A stretch of DNA of 62,273 nucleotides, counting the filler. It is 11 parts of 11 records of this genome, joined end to end, with 100 filler letters (N's around TTAATTAATTAA, not from the genome) between each part and the next. Parts side by side here need not be neighbours in the genome. Positions count along the whole stretch, not along the records: positions 51,214 to 57,609 come from SRR20825010_4766; positions 57,710 to 62,273 come from SRR20825010_4772; 9 more parts are not named here. One strand, given 5' to 3'. The notes beneath the pieces were generated by a model. It did not search any database. It saw nothing but the letters and a program-made list of their open reading frames with translations, and was not told the origin of the DNA. The translations under genes and the position numbers were made by a program. This document shows, in pieces, positions 52,530 through 61,463 of the stretch. Numbering within the stretch: position 1 is the stretch's first letter; each line of letters opens with the position of its first letter.

Positions 52530-54080
52530 TCAATCCGCTCTCTCATTTGCAACAGTCGAAGCGAAATGATCTCCACTGCGGGGGGGAGGTGATGCCTGTA
52601 CTGCCTGCCGCATGAGCCTGAGCACGACAAATGCTGAAACGATAGCAACAATGCCTGAAGTCATCAGGGCCGCAGAAAACCCATAAGAGTACGCCCCCAA
52701 TCCTCGCGCAAACCACGATGATTGAGAAACCATATCAAGTCCGACCAGAGCGGCTGGCAAGTCGCCTGAGACGACAGCCTCGGCGAACTCCGGTGGGCAC
52801 GCCCTGTCTCCGCACCCTGACAAGAGGTTACTGCGAACCGCAGTAGCCAAGATTCCGCTTAGAACGGCAAACCCAATCAGTATTCCCGAGAACCGCGACG
52901 TCGTACTGATCCCCGACGCCATGCCGGCTCGTTCCCTGGGAACAACGCTCATAATAGCCTTTTGGGTTTCGCCGTTGAGAAGACCACCCCCACTCCCAAG
53001 CACCAGCATCCCGAACATCACGGTCGTCCAATCACCGCCACTCGCCCCCCATGCCGTCACGAGGCTCCCAGAGCCGACGACAGCAAGTCCGATCGCCAGA
53101 ATTCCGCGTGACGTCATTATTCTAGAAAGCCGGCGCCCGACATTTGGAAAGATCAGCATTGCCAAGGCAAATGGAAGCATCGAGAAGCCAGCCTCCAACG
53201 CCGACCGACCCAAACCGTTCTGGAGATATAGCGGCAACAACGAAGCCATAACCTGCGCACAGGCTGCGTAGGCGAACATCGCCCATACCCCGCCGACAAA
53301 CCGAGGATTTCGGAACAAACGAAGATCGAGCATCGGCCGCTTCTGAGCATTCTCGACAAACAGAAAACCCGCCAGCGCCAAGGCGCCGCAAAGAAAGCCA
53401 GTCACCGCAACCGGCGAAGTCCAGCCGTGAGCCTGTCCGTTAATTAACCCCCAAGTCACTCCGAACATCGCGGCAGTGAATGTGATGATCCCGAGGGGGT
53501 CCAGCCGCCGTGCATTATCGTCTCTGGATTCTCCAACTAGAGCGAGTACGGCGAACCCGAGAGCGAGGCAGATCGGGATGTTGATATAGAACGCCCATCG
53601 CCATCCCAATGCGTGGGCAATAATACCACCGATGATCGGTGACATCACCATCGTCAGGCCCATGATGCCGCCCCAGATGGACCACGCTCGGTTTCGTTCG
53701 CTTTCACTATGAAAAGTATGGCCGATGATTGCCAATGCCGGTGCAAGCATGAACGCCGCGCTGCCCCCCTGGAATGCGCGAGCCAGATACAGATACGTCG
53801 CCGTGGTCGCCGCGGCGCAAAGCCCCGATGAAAGCGCAAATGCAGCGATGCCCCCTAAGAAGACTTTGCGCCGACCATATCGATCCGCGATGGAGCCGGC
53901 AGGCAAAAGCAACGATGCAAAACAAAGGACGTAGGTGCTGATCACCCACTCGACTTCAGCAAAAGTAGCACCAAAATCACGCGCGATCGTCGGCAGGACT
54001 ACCGCCACAACATTGGTGTCCAGCACCGTCATTGCGCAGCCCGTCGAGGCAACCAGCAGCACGAGTGTTGGTTTGGTCAT
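52530..54080 (-). CDS. MFS efflux transporter (DHA2/EmrB-QacA type)
   Basis: LDTNVVAVVLPTI, GSIADRYGRRK, LGWRWAFYINIP and LDPLG; about 14 TM helices. Confidence 0.92.
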   Translation of the reverse strand: MTKPTLVLLVASTGCAMTVLDTNVVAVVLPTIARDFGATFAEVEWVISTYVLCFASLLLPAGSIADRYGRRKVFLGGIAAFALSSGLCAAATTATYLYLARAFQGGSAAFMLAPALAIIGHTFHSESERNRAWSIWGGIMGLTMVMSPIIGGIIAHALGWRWAFYINIPICLALGFAVLALVGESRDDNARRLDPLGIITFTAAMFGVTWGLINGQAHGWTSPVAVTGFLCGALALAGFLFVENAQKRPMLDLRLFRNPRFVGGVWAMFAYAACAQVMASLLPLYLQNGLGRSALEAGFSMLPFALAMLIFPNVGRRLSRIMTSRGILAIGLAVVGSGSLVTAWGASGGDWTTVMFGMLVLGSGGGLLNGETQKAIMSVVPRERAGMASGISTTSRFSGILIGFAVLSGILATAVRSNLLSGCGDRACPPEFAEAVVSGDLPAALVGLDMVSQSSWFARGLGAYSYGFSAALMTSGIVAIVSAFVVLRLMRQAVQASPPPRSGDHFASTVANERAD

Positions 54081-54284
54081 GTGCGGGTCGCGGATCGATG
54101 CAACAGTCATTGTGCCAACGCCCCAGCACCGGCCATCTCGCCGCGAGCCAGCACGAACAGGGCAGCGGCGTAGGACATCGAGACGGCCCAAACTCGTGCA
54201 GACATTTGTTCTCTCCTTCTGGGGTAAACCAAGGAGATATTGCGGATTTCAGATTGCCTTTCATTCTTGCTGTTTTTGTAGTTT

Positions 54285-54301
54285 ATTAGGTAGAACCTAA
54301 T
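54285..54301. promoter_or_regulatory. LysR recognition site (T-N11-A palindrome)
   Basis: ATTAGGT-AGA-ACCTAAT perfect inverted repeat between the divergent MFS and LysR genes. Confidence 0.75.
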
Positions 54302-54316
54302 TGTTGGAGAGCTACG

Positions 54317-55234
54317 ATCGAACTGAGGCATCTTCGCTACTTCGTCGCTCTCGCTGAGGAACTCCACTTTGCGCGCGCAGCGGAGCGACTGAACATCGCG
54401 CCTCCGACCCTCACCGTGCAGATCCAGGAGATCGAACGAAGCCTGGCTGTACGTCTGTTTCTCCGAACGAAGCGTTCCGTGACACTGACACCATCAGGTG
54501 AGATTTTTCTGACCGAGGCTCGAAACGTCCTCGAACAGTATTCGAGAGCGGAAAGTGTTGGCCGGCGAGCTGGACGCGGTGAGATAGGGCGAGTGGAGAT
54601 CGGCTATGTCGGATCAGCCGCGTACGCTGGTGTTCTACAGCATCAAATGAGCACTTTTTCGGAAAGCTGGCCGAGCGTCCACCTCAATGCTCGTGAGTTT
54701 CCTATGGACGAGTTACCTCAACTGATTGTCAATGGGACCATTGATGTCGGTTTTGTACGCTTGCCAATTTCGATGCCCCGGTCGCTCCGGGTCCACACTC
54801 TTCTAAGAGACTACTTCTGTCTCGCTACGCCTTCTCGCCTCTATCGCGACATCAAGGACACCGTCCGCGCGACCAGGTTGTCTGAGGCTTCATTTATTAC
54901 TCCTGAGCAGGAAGCAGGCACCTATGCTATCGCGAAGCGCGGGCGTTTCAACCCGGACATCATCGCCTCACCTGGCAGCCTGCTAGCCGTCCTTACCCAT
55001 GTTTCCCTGGGTGCAGGGGTGGCGGTCATCCCAAGCGTGGTGCGCAATGTTGTGTCCCTACCTGGAGTTACATTCCATCGCATTGCCGGAGAACCAATTT
55101 TTTCGGAAGTCGCGGCCGTTTTTCGTACGGGCGAAAGCTCCCCAACAGTGAAGCATTTCGTGCAGCAAATCCAAAGCACACCGTCGCATCAGATCAGCCC
55201 ACTTGACTGGAACCGGCCCTTTCCTCCGGCATGA
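54317..55234 (+). CDS. LysR-family regulator with a non-canonical or mutated start codon
   Basis: The frame reads (ATC)ELRHLRYFVALAEELHFARAAERLNIAPPTLTVQIQ from 54317, with GGAG 7 nt upstream. There is an in-frame stop at 54287 and no ATG/GTG/TTG before the HTH. Confidence 0.88.
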   Translation: MELRHLRYFVALAEELHFARAAERLNIAPPTLTVQIQEIERSLAVRLFLRTKRSVTLTPSGEIFLTEARNVLEQYSRAESVGRRAGRGEIGRVEIGYVGSAAYAGVLQHQMSTFSESWPSVHLNAREFPMDELPQLIVNGTIDVGFVRLPISMPRSLRVHTLLRDYFCLATPSRLYRDIKDTVRATRLSEASFITPEQEAGTYAIAKRGRFNPDIIASPGSLLAVLTHVSLGAGVAVIPSVVRNVVSLPGVTFHRIAGEPIFSEVAAVFRTGESSPTVKHFVQQIQSTPSHQISPLDWNRPFPPA

Positions 55235-55618
55235 CGGCGGCCGAGACGGTATGACCTAAGCAAAACTGCTTGTGATCTCTCGATCCAGCCTCGGCGAAGC
55301 AGAGACCGCCGCTGCCATGAATCGTAGCAGCAGCCGAGATGATCCGATCGTCTGATCTTGAGCTAGAGGCCGCTCTCGGCTATAATGGGGCATAAAGATA
55401 AGGCTGGAGCGTTGTCGTGTGCACGACGACACTCATTATCCCTGTGAGCCTGTAGCTGCACTTTTCGCGCCAGTATTTGCGCGACGCTACGCTACGCAGG
55501 AATACGTCATTGCCCGATATATCAGCCATTTCAAGGTCGTTCACCGCCGTCTGCTTCTCTGTAACCAGGGAGGTTTCCGCGTCATTGTCGTTCTGTGACC
55601 AGCAGGACGAGCACAAAT

Positions 55619-55804
55619 ATGGCACGGGATACCAAGACCAGGCGGAAGGAGCAGAAGGAGTTCGGTCAGCCCGAACTCACCCTGCTACGCGCTGGCACTG
55701 GCACAGATCCGCGCCTGGTCGAAATGGTTCGCCTTCTCGCCCGTCGTGCTGCAACCGAACTATACGAGCAGGAGCGGAAGAAACGCCGGACAGAGCGCTC
55801 CTGA
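55619..55804 (+). CDS. Small basic protein upstream of the serine recombinase
   Basis: MARDTKTRRKEQ...DPRLVEMVRLLARRAATELYEQ; AGGA upstream; ends 22 bp before the recombinase start. Confidence 0.6.
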   Translation: MARDTKTRRKEQKEFGQPELTLLRAGTGTDPRLVEMVRLLARRAATELYEQERKKRRTERS

Positions 55805-55826
55805 TCAACACTCAGGGGATTACATC

Positions 55827-57609
55827 GTGAAAGTCGCCGTTTACGCACGCTATTCGTCGGACAATCAGCGGGACGCATCCATCGCCGACCAGCTGCGCAT
55901 ATGTCGCCTTCATGCCGAAAAGCAGGGTTGGCATATCATCGAGGAATACACCGATCACGCTGTATCCGGCGCATCCCTGCTCCGCCCCGGCATTCAGGCA
56001 CTAATCTCTGATGCCAATCGCGGACGCTTCGATATCATCCTTGCCGAAGCAATGGACCGGCTGTCTCGGGATCAAGAGGACATAGCCGGCATCTTCAAAC
56101 GCATGACCTATTCGGACGTGAAGATCGTCACCCTTTCCGAGGGAGAGATCACCCACCTTCACGTTGGTCTCAAGGGCACAATGAACGCCCTCTTCCTGAA
56201 GGATTTGGCCGATAAGACAAGACGCGGACAACGCGGCCGCGTGGAAGCCGGCAAGTCCGGTGGCGGCAACTGCTACGGCTACGATGTCGTCAAGAAGTTT
56301 GACGGCAATGGTGAGCCAGTACGGGGGGACCGCACCATCAATGAAATCGAGGCTGGCATCATCCGAAGAATCTTCAGGGACTACAATACCGGTAAGTCCC
56401 CGAAACGCATTGCCGTCGAGCTAAACAAGGATGCCATCGCAGCGCCAGGTGGGGGGGATTGGGGCTTCAGCACCATCAATGGCAATGCCAAGCGCGGCAA
56501 CGGCATTCTCAACAACGAGATGTATATTGGTAAACTGGTCTGGAACCGCCAGCGGTTCATCAAGGACCCGGACACTGGCAAGCGTCAGGCGCGCCCGAAC
56601 CCTGAATCGGAATGGATTACACATGAGGTTCCAGAGCTTCGCATCCTCGACGAGGATCTATGGAACGGCGCAAAGAGCCGCCAAGCCGCTATCAAGTACA
56701 CACGAAGCGACAACGGGGAAAAGGAAAACCATTTCCGCGAACGCCGTCGTCCAAAATATCTGTTCTCTGGCCTGACGAAATGCGCCTGCTGCGGTGGCGG
56801 CTACTCGATGATTTCGGCAGATCTGGTTGGTTGCTCGACTGCCAGGAACAAAGGCACCTGTGACAACCGCAAGAACATTCGCCGCGATCGGCTCGAGGCG
56901 CGCGTCCTTAACTCTCTTCGCCACCACCTGATGGACCCGGCCCTGTTCACGGCGTTCTGTGACGAGTTCACTCGCGAGATGAACCGTCTTCGCATGGAAG
57001 GACGCGCATCGCTCGATGCCGCCGAGGCCGAGATCAAGAAAATCGACCGGGAGCTGGACACACTTCTGAACCTAATCCTGAAGGGCGGAGCCGCCGACCG
57101 ACTCAATGAGAAAATGGTCAGCCTTGAGCGCCGGAAAAAGGAAGTAGAGCAGTTTCTGGCAGAGGCCGATGAGCCTCCCCCCCTCCTGCACCCGAGCATG
57201 GCCACCTACTATCGGATTCAAGTGGCAGAGCTGTACGAAGCTCTGCAGGAAGAATCGGAGGCAAAGCGGATGACCGCGTCCGACATTATCCGGTCGCTGG
57301 TCCAAGAGATCATTCTCACGCCGGGAGAAGACGAGCTTCTGATTGACGTTCGTGGGGATCTGGCTGGCATCCTGGCCATATCCCTGAATACGAAAAAGCC
57401 CGCCACAAGGGCGGGCTCTTCACAATTTGAGATGGTTGCGGGGACCAGCTCTGATCTGAACTTGCGCCGGTCGCAAGTTGAAGTGGTTGCGGGAGCCTGC
57501 TCAAATCTCAAATTGCGAACGCAAAAAAGCCGCCCGGATGGGGCGGCTGGATCGCACGATCATGGATCGCAAGTTGAGATGGTTGCGGGGGCAGGATTTG
57601 AACCTGCGA
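55827..57609 (+). CDS. Large serine recombinase (integrase); the ORF is open to the contig edge
   Basis: VYARYSSDNQ catalytic Ser, DRLSRD, recombinase domain, LFSGLTKCACCG...C...C zinc ribbon and coiled coil. Confidence 0.95.
57393..57589 (+). repeat. Three 23-bp att-like direct repeats with inverted arms and two minus-strand terminators
   Basis: TCACAATTTGAGATGGTTGCGGG (57420), TCGCAAGTTGAAGTGGTTGCGGG (57471) and TCGCAAGTTGAGATGGTTGCGGG (57567). Hairpins preceded by A-tracts lie at 57393-57417 and 57523-57548. Confidence 0.85.
57580..57609 (-). tRNA. 3' end of tRNA-fMet (T-arm, acceptor strand, CCA), truncated; likely integration site
   Basis: The minus strand reads TCGCAGGTTCAAATCCTGCCCCCGCAACCA. 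The anticodon is not visible, so identity rests on recognising the sequence. Confidence 0.8.
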
Positions 57610-57709
57610 NNNNNNNNNNNNNNNNNNNNNNNNNNNNNNNNNNNNNNNNNNNNTTAATTAATTAANNNNNNNNNNNNNNNNNNNNNNNNNNNNNNNNNNN
57701 NNNNNNNNN

Positions 57710-58351
57710 CTTGAAACCGATGTCGACCAGATCCTTGTCCAACTGTTCCCACAGCGGTGTGACCACGACACCGGGCGCATAGCCGTTGACGGTGATGTTG
57801 TGTTCGGACAGCCCGATCGCGCCGCAATGGGTCAGAGCCAGACAGCCATATTTCGAGGTGCAGTAGACTGTGACATCGATCAGTGGTTTGCGCGAAGCGA
57901 TGCTGCCCACGTTGATGATTTTGTAGGGGTGATCGTCCATCGGTCCCTGAGCAATCATCTGGCGGGCGGCTTCTTGCATCCCTAACCTCATTGCCTTGGT
58001 GTTGACGTTCATGATCATGTCCCAGTTGTCTTCGTCGATATCCATGAAGAACCGGGGTTTGTTCAAACCGGCGTTGAACACCGCGACATTGATACTGCCA
58101 AAGGCCTCGACCGTGGCGGCCACGGCGGCGGCGTTGTCTTCGCGTTTGGTCACGTCCATCCGGACGGCCACTGCCTTGCCGTTGCCACCCTCGTTGATGC
58201 GCTCGGCGACGGCCTGTGCCGCATCGGGATCGAGATCGCCAAGACACACGTTTGCGCCCTGCGCGGCAAAGTTTTCGGCATTGGCGGCACCCATGCCACG
58301 GCCTCCGCCGGTGATCAGGATGTTCTTGCCGTTCAGGCGGTTGGGGTCCAT
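57710..58351 (-). CDS. SDR dehydrogenase (sorbitol/acetoin-type, 3' end truncated)
   Basis: TGGGRGMG, FNAG, YCTSK and APGVVVTPLW. Confidence 0.9.
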
Positions 58352-58371
58352 CTTTGTTCCTCCTCAGGTCA

Positions 58372-60081
58372 CTAAGTCTTGGGCGGGCGCATCAATGCGT
58401 CGGCGCGGGTCTGGGCGCGACGCAGGGCCTGGGGCGGGGTTGAAAACCCGCGCAGCATGTCGTGAAATTCCTCACCGCAGATCTGGATGATGTCGCAGAT
58501 CTCGGGCACTGGCGGGCGGGGCCAGAATTGCAGTTCATCGCGCCATGACATGGCATCGACCGCCTCAAAGATCGGTGAGGCGCGACGCACCTCTGGGTCA
58601 GAGCCGACGGAATAGCGCGGGTTGGTGCGGCTGCCGTTCTGGACAAACAGTTTCTGCGACTCTGGCGAGGTGAAGACGATCAGCGCCTCGACCGCCGCCT
58701 GCACCCGTTCCGGCGGCAGGTTGGCGGGAATGCCCATCACATAGCCGCCGACCGGGGCGACCTGTGCCGCGCCGGGAACGGCGGGGTGGGGCAAATACCC
58801 GGTCTGACCACAGGCCGGAGAGGACTCATCCAGTTCAAAATACGGGGCCAGCAGAGTGTAGCCATAGGCCATGGCAATTGACCCGGCGGCATAGGGGCGG
58901 ACCCGCTCGTACCAGGACATCGACAGGATGTCGGGCGGCGAATACTTCAGCAGTTCCATCAGGAACTCTGCCGCCCGCAGTCCGTTTTCGGTGTCGATGG
59001 TCGGGTGGTAATTTCCGTCGGCCAGATGGTCCGTGCCAAAGCCACCAGCGATTTCCGGCAGGTTCAGGACAGGTTGCCCGAAATCCGCCATCGTCATCAG
59101 GACGGTATGGCCCAAGGCGGTGCCGCGCGCCGCGTTCCACGCGACCCCATGACGTCCGCGCTGTGGGTCGTGCAGAACGGATGCCGCGTACAGTAAATCA
59201 TCGGTGGTGGTGGGCGGCTCCAGCCCGACCTCGGCAAACAGATCCCGGCGATAGAACAACAATTCCGGCGTGGTCTGGGCAGGGACGCCGTAGGGACGTC
59301 CGCCCCAGTGTGCCGCCTGCCAGCCTGCCGTGTGAAAATCAGCCGGATCGAGACGGGCAATATCCATCGCCTCGTCCAGTGGCATAAGTATGCCCTTGTC
59401 GGCGAACTCTCCAACCCAGGGCAGGTCCAGCGCGATGATGTCATAGCGGCTGGCCTTGCGGTCGGCATTGCGCCGCGCCTCTTCCCGCAGCCTGTCAATG
59501 GAAAAGGCGCGTTGATGGATCTGTGTTCCGATAACTTGTTCGAACTGCCGCTTGAGGTTTTCCATCACCATGAAGGTCGGATCGCCGTGAACCAGCACCC
59601 GCAGGCCACCGGCGACTTTCAGCGGCTCTGGCAAAACCGTCAGGGGCGGGATGGACTGGGCGGACATGTAAGATCCGCCAAAGTAATAGTCCTTGCTGTC
59701 AGCGGCGCGCTTGCGCCCTCCGAACCGGGTTTCCGCCAATCGTTCGACACGACCGGAGAGCTGCATCCACTGGTCCAACAGTTTTTCGCTGGGGTGCAGG
59801 GAAAAGCTCTTGCCGCTTTTTGTGCGCGGCCGCTGTTCGATTAGCCCGTCGTCCGTCATCTGCCGTAGGCGGCGGTTCGCGGTGGCATAAGGCACCTGAC
59901 TGGCCCCGATCAGCGACGTGGGTGTGACCGTCTTGGCCTCTAGGTGGCCGCGGATCAGGTGCAGGGTCATGCGCAAGTACGGGTTGGGCGCGAATAACTC
60001 GACCGAACTTTCGATCTCGCCGCCGATATCCTCCAGAAAGGACAAAATGCGCAGCAAATCGGTTTTCCCCTGACGTGACAT
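58372..60081 (-). CDS. Winged-HTH plus family-1 solute-binding-domain fusion (probable one-component regulator)
   Basis: N-terminal VTPTSLIGASQVPYATANRRLRQMTDDGLIEQR wHTH, then YDIIALDLPW, LLFYRRDLF...GLEPP and PVGGYVMGI SBP motifs. No signal peptide; GGAG before the ATG at 60081. Confidence 0.8.
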   Translation of the reverse strand: MSRQGKTDLLRILSFLEDIGGEIESSVELFAPNPYLRMTLHLIRGHLEAKTVTPTSLIGASQVPYATANRRLRQMTDDGLIEQRPRTKSGKSFSLHPSEKLLDQWMQLSGRVERLAETRFGGRKRAADSKDYYFGGSYMSAQSIPPLTVLPEPLKVAGGLRVLVHGDPTFMVMENLKRQFEQVIGTQIHQRAFSIDRLREEARRNADRKASRYDIIALDLPWVGEFADKGILMPLDEAMDIARLDPADFHTAGWQAAHWGGRPYGVPAQTTPELLFYRRDLFAEVGLEPPTTTDDLLYAASVLHDPQRGRHGVAWNAARGTALGHTVLMTMADFGQPVLNLPEIAGGFGTDHLADGNYHPTIDTENGLRAAEFLMELLKYSPPDILSMSWYERVRPYAAGSIAMAYGYTLLAPYFELDESSPACGQTGYLPHPAVPGAAQVAPVGGYVMGIPANLPPERVQAAVEALIVFTSPESQKLFVQNGSRTNPRYSVGSDPEVRRASPIFEAVDAMSWRDELQFWPRPPVPEICDIIQICGEEFHDMLRGFSTPPQALRRAQTRADALMRPPKT

Positions 60082-60253
60082 CAGATAACTGTCTCCATGT
60101 CCTTTCATTACGTTCATGGGGTCTGCCTGCGCCTTTCGCGTCTCCGGGTCCGCCGGGCCTGCCGATTTATTCATATTGGACGAAAACCATTCGGGCATCG
60201 CGCCGCTCCGCTGCAAAATGTTCAAATTGACGGATGAAGTGTACCGCGAAGAA

Positions 60254-60287
60254 ATCCACTTTGGATGATGAATTATCCATAATGGAT
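60254..60287. promoter_or_regulatory. Tandem palindromic operator ATCCA-N3-TGGAT
   Basis: ATCCACTTTGGAT (60254-60266) and ATCCATAATGGAT (60275-60287), 21 bp apart. A degenerate copy, ATTCATATTGGAC, is at 60169. Confidence 0.65.
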
Positions 60288-60426
60288 CTATTTGGTGCGG
60301 TCTTGATGGATTGGACTCGACAAGGTTGCCGCAATCGGTCGGCATGCCGGACGATGCTCCCCTGCTGGAGGTGCGGGGATGAGCGCAAGATACCTAGATA
60401 CTGGGACACTCCGGGAGGAATTCGAA

Positions 60427-61383
60427 ATGAACATTCGCAAAACACTGGCCGCCACCACCGCCGCTGCTGCACTGGCCTTGGGCGGTGCGGCCTGGGCCGA
60501 TACCATGAAAATCGGCATCACCCAGAACAATGTCGGCGTCGACAGCTATCAGACGACCTACGAAAAGGCCTTTATCGAGGCGGCAGAGGCGAACGATAAT
60601 GTCGAGGTCATCGTTCTGGATGCGGGTGGCGACGTGGCGCGCCAGATTGCCCAGATCGAGGATCTGATCCAGCAAGGCGTCGATGCCATCATCATCTGGC
60701 CAACCAATGGCGAGGCGGTCATTCCCGCCGTCCGCAAGGCGCACAACGCCGGTATTCCGGTGATTGTCACCAATTCGAACATCGCCGATGCGGGCTTTGA
60801 TTTCGTGGCGTCCTTTTCTGGTCCCGACAACATCACACAGGGCGCGCGGTCGGCGGAAATCATGTGTGATAAATTCAAGGACATGGGCATCGAGACAGAG
60901 GCGCAAGTGGTCCACATCACCGGCCAGCCGGGCTACACCACCGCGATTGAGCGCGCCAAGGGCTTTGAGGATCGTCTGCCAGAGGTCTGCCCCGACGTGA
61001 CCATCGTCGACACGCAGCCGGGCGACTGGAACCGCGAAAAGTCGCAAAAGGTGATGGAGGCGTTCCTCGTCAAATACGACGACATCGACGGTGTCTATGC
61101 GGGTGACGACAACATGGGTGTCGGCGCACTGAACGCGGCCAAGGCGGCCGGACGCGATGGCATCATCTTTGTCGGGGCGACCAACTTTGCCGTCGGCTAT
61201 GAGGCGATGGAACGGGGCGAATACTGGGGCTCGATCTATCAGTCGCCGGTGGATGACGCCAAGGCGGCGCTGAAGACGGCCATCGAGACTTTGGAAGGCA
61301 AGGACTTGCCGTTCCTGAATTACTTCGACACGCCGAAAATCACTCAGGACAACATGGGCGATTACACCAAGCCGGTCTTCTGA
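60427..61383 (+). CDS. Sugar ABC transporter periplasmic binding protein (RbsB-like)
   Basis: Signal peptide ending AAWA; QIEDLIQQGVDAIII, AGIPVIV, ERAKGF, GDWNRE and DDNMGVGA. Confidence 0.93.
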   Translation: MNIRKTLAATTAAAALALGGAAWADTMKIGITQNNVGVDSYQTTYEKAFIEAAEANDNVEVIVLDAGGDVARQIAQIEDLIQQGVDAIIIWPTNGEAVIPAVRKAHNAGIPVIVTNSNIADAGFDFVASFSGPDNITQGARSAEIMCDKFKDMGIETEAQVVHITGQPGYTTAIERAKGFEDRLPEVCPDVTIVDTQPGDWNREKSQKVMEAFLVKYDDIDGVYAGDDNMGVGALNAAKAAGRDGIIFVGATNFAVGYEAMERGEYWGSIYQSPVDDAKAALKTAIETLEGKDLPFLNYFDTPKITQDNMGDYTKPVF

Positions 61384-61397
61384 GACCCGCTTGATCA

Positions 61398-61426
61398 GGG
61401 GCGCGGCCTTGGCCGCTCCCCATTTT
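61398..61426 (+). terminator. Hairpin plus U-tract after the SBP gene
   Basis: GGGGCGCGGCC-tt-GGCCGCTCCCC-ATTTT. Confidence 0.55.
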
Positions 61427-61463
61427 CGTATCGATTTGACACTGTTTCCTGGGAGGGTGACCC

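Noticed and set aside
55235-55618. Short ORFs (55380-55625 minus, 55477-55830 plus), a GTCGTG/CACGAC hairpin and a CTAGAG stretch
   Set aside because: There is no recognisable protein motif or partner inverted repeat, so I cannot support an oriT, IS end or gene.
57420-57589. Three 23-bp repeats read as a mini CRISPR array
   Set aside because: Spacing is unequal (51 and 96 bp), there are no cas genes, the repeat core equals a tRNA 3' end, and it lies inside an integrase ORF. An att-site origin fits better.
60082-60345. 88-aa N-terminal extension on the wHTH-SBP ORF
   Set aside because: It spans the divergent promoter and operator region, and a better RBS precedes the ATG at 60081.
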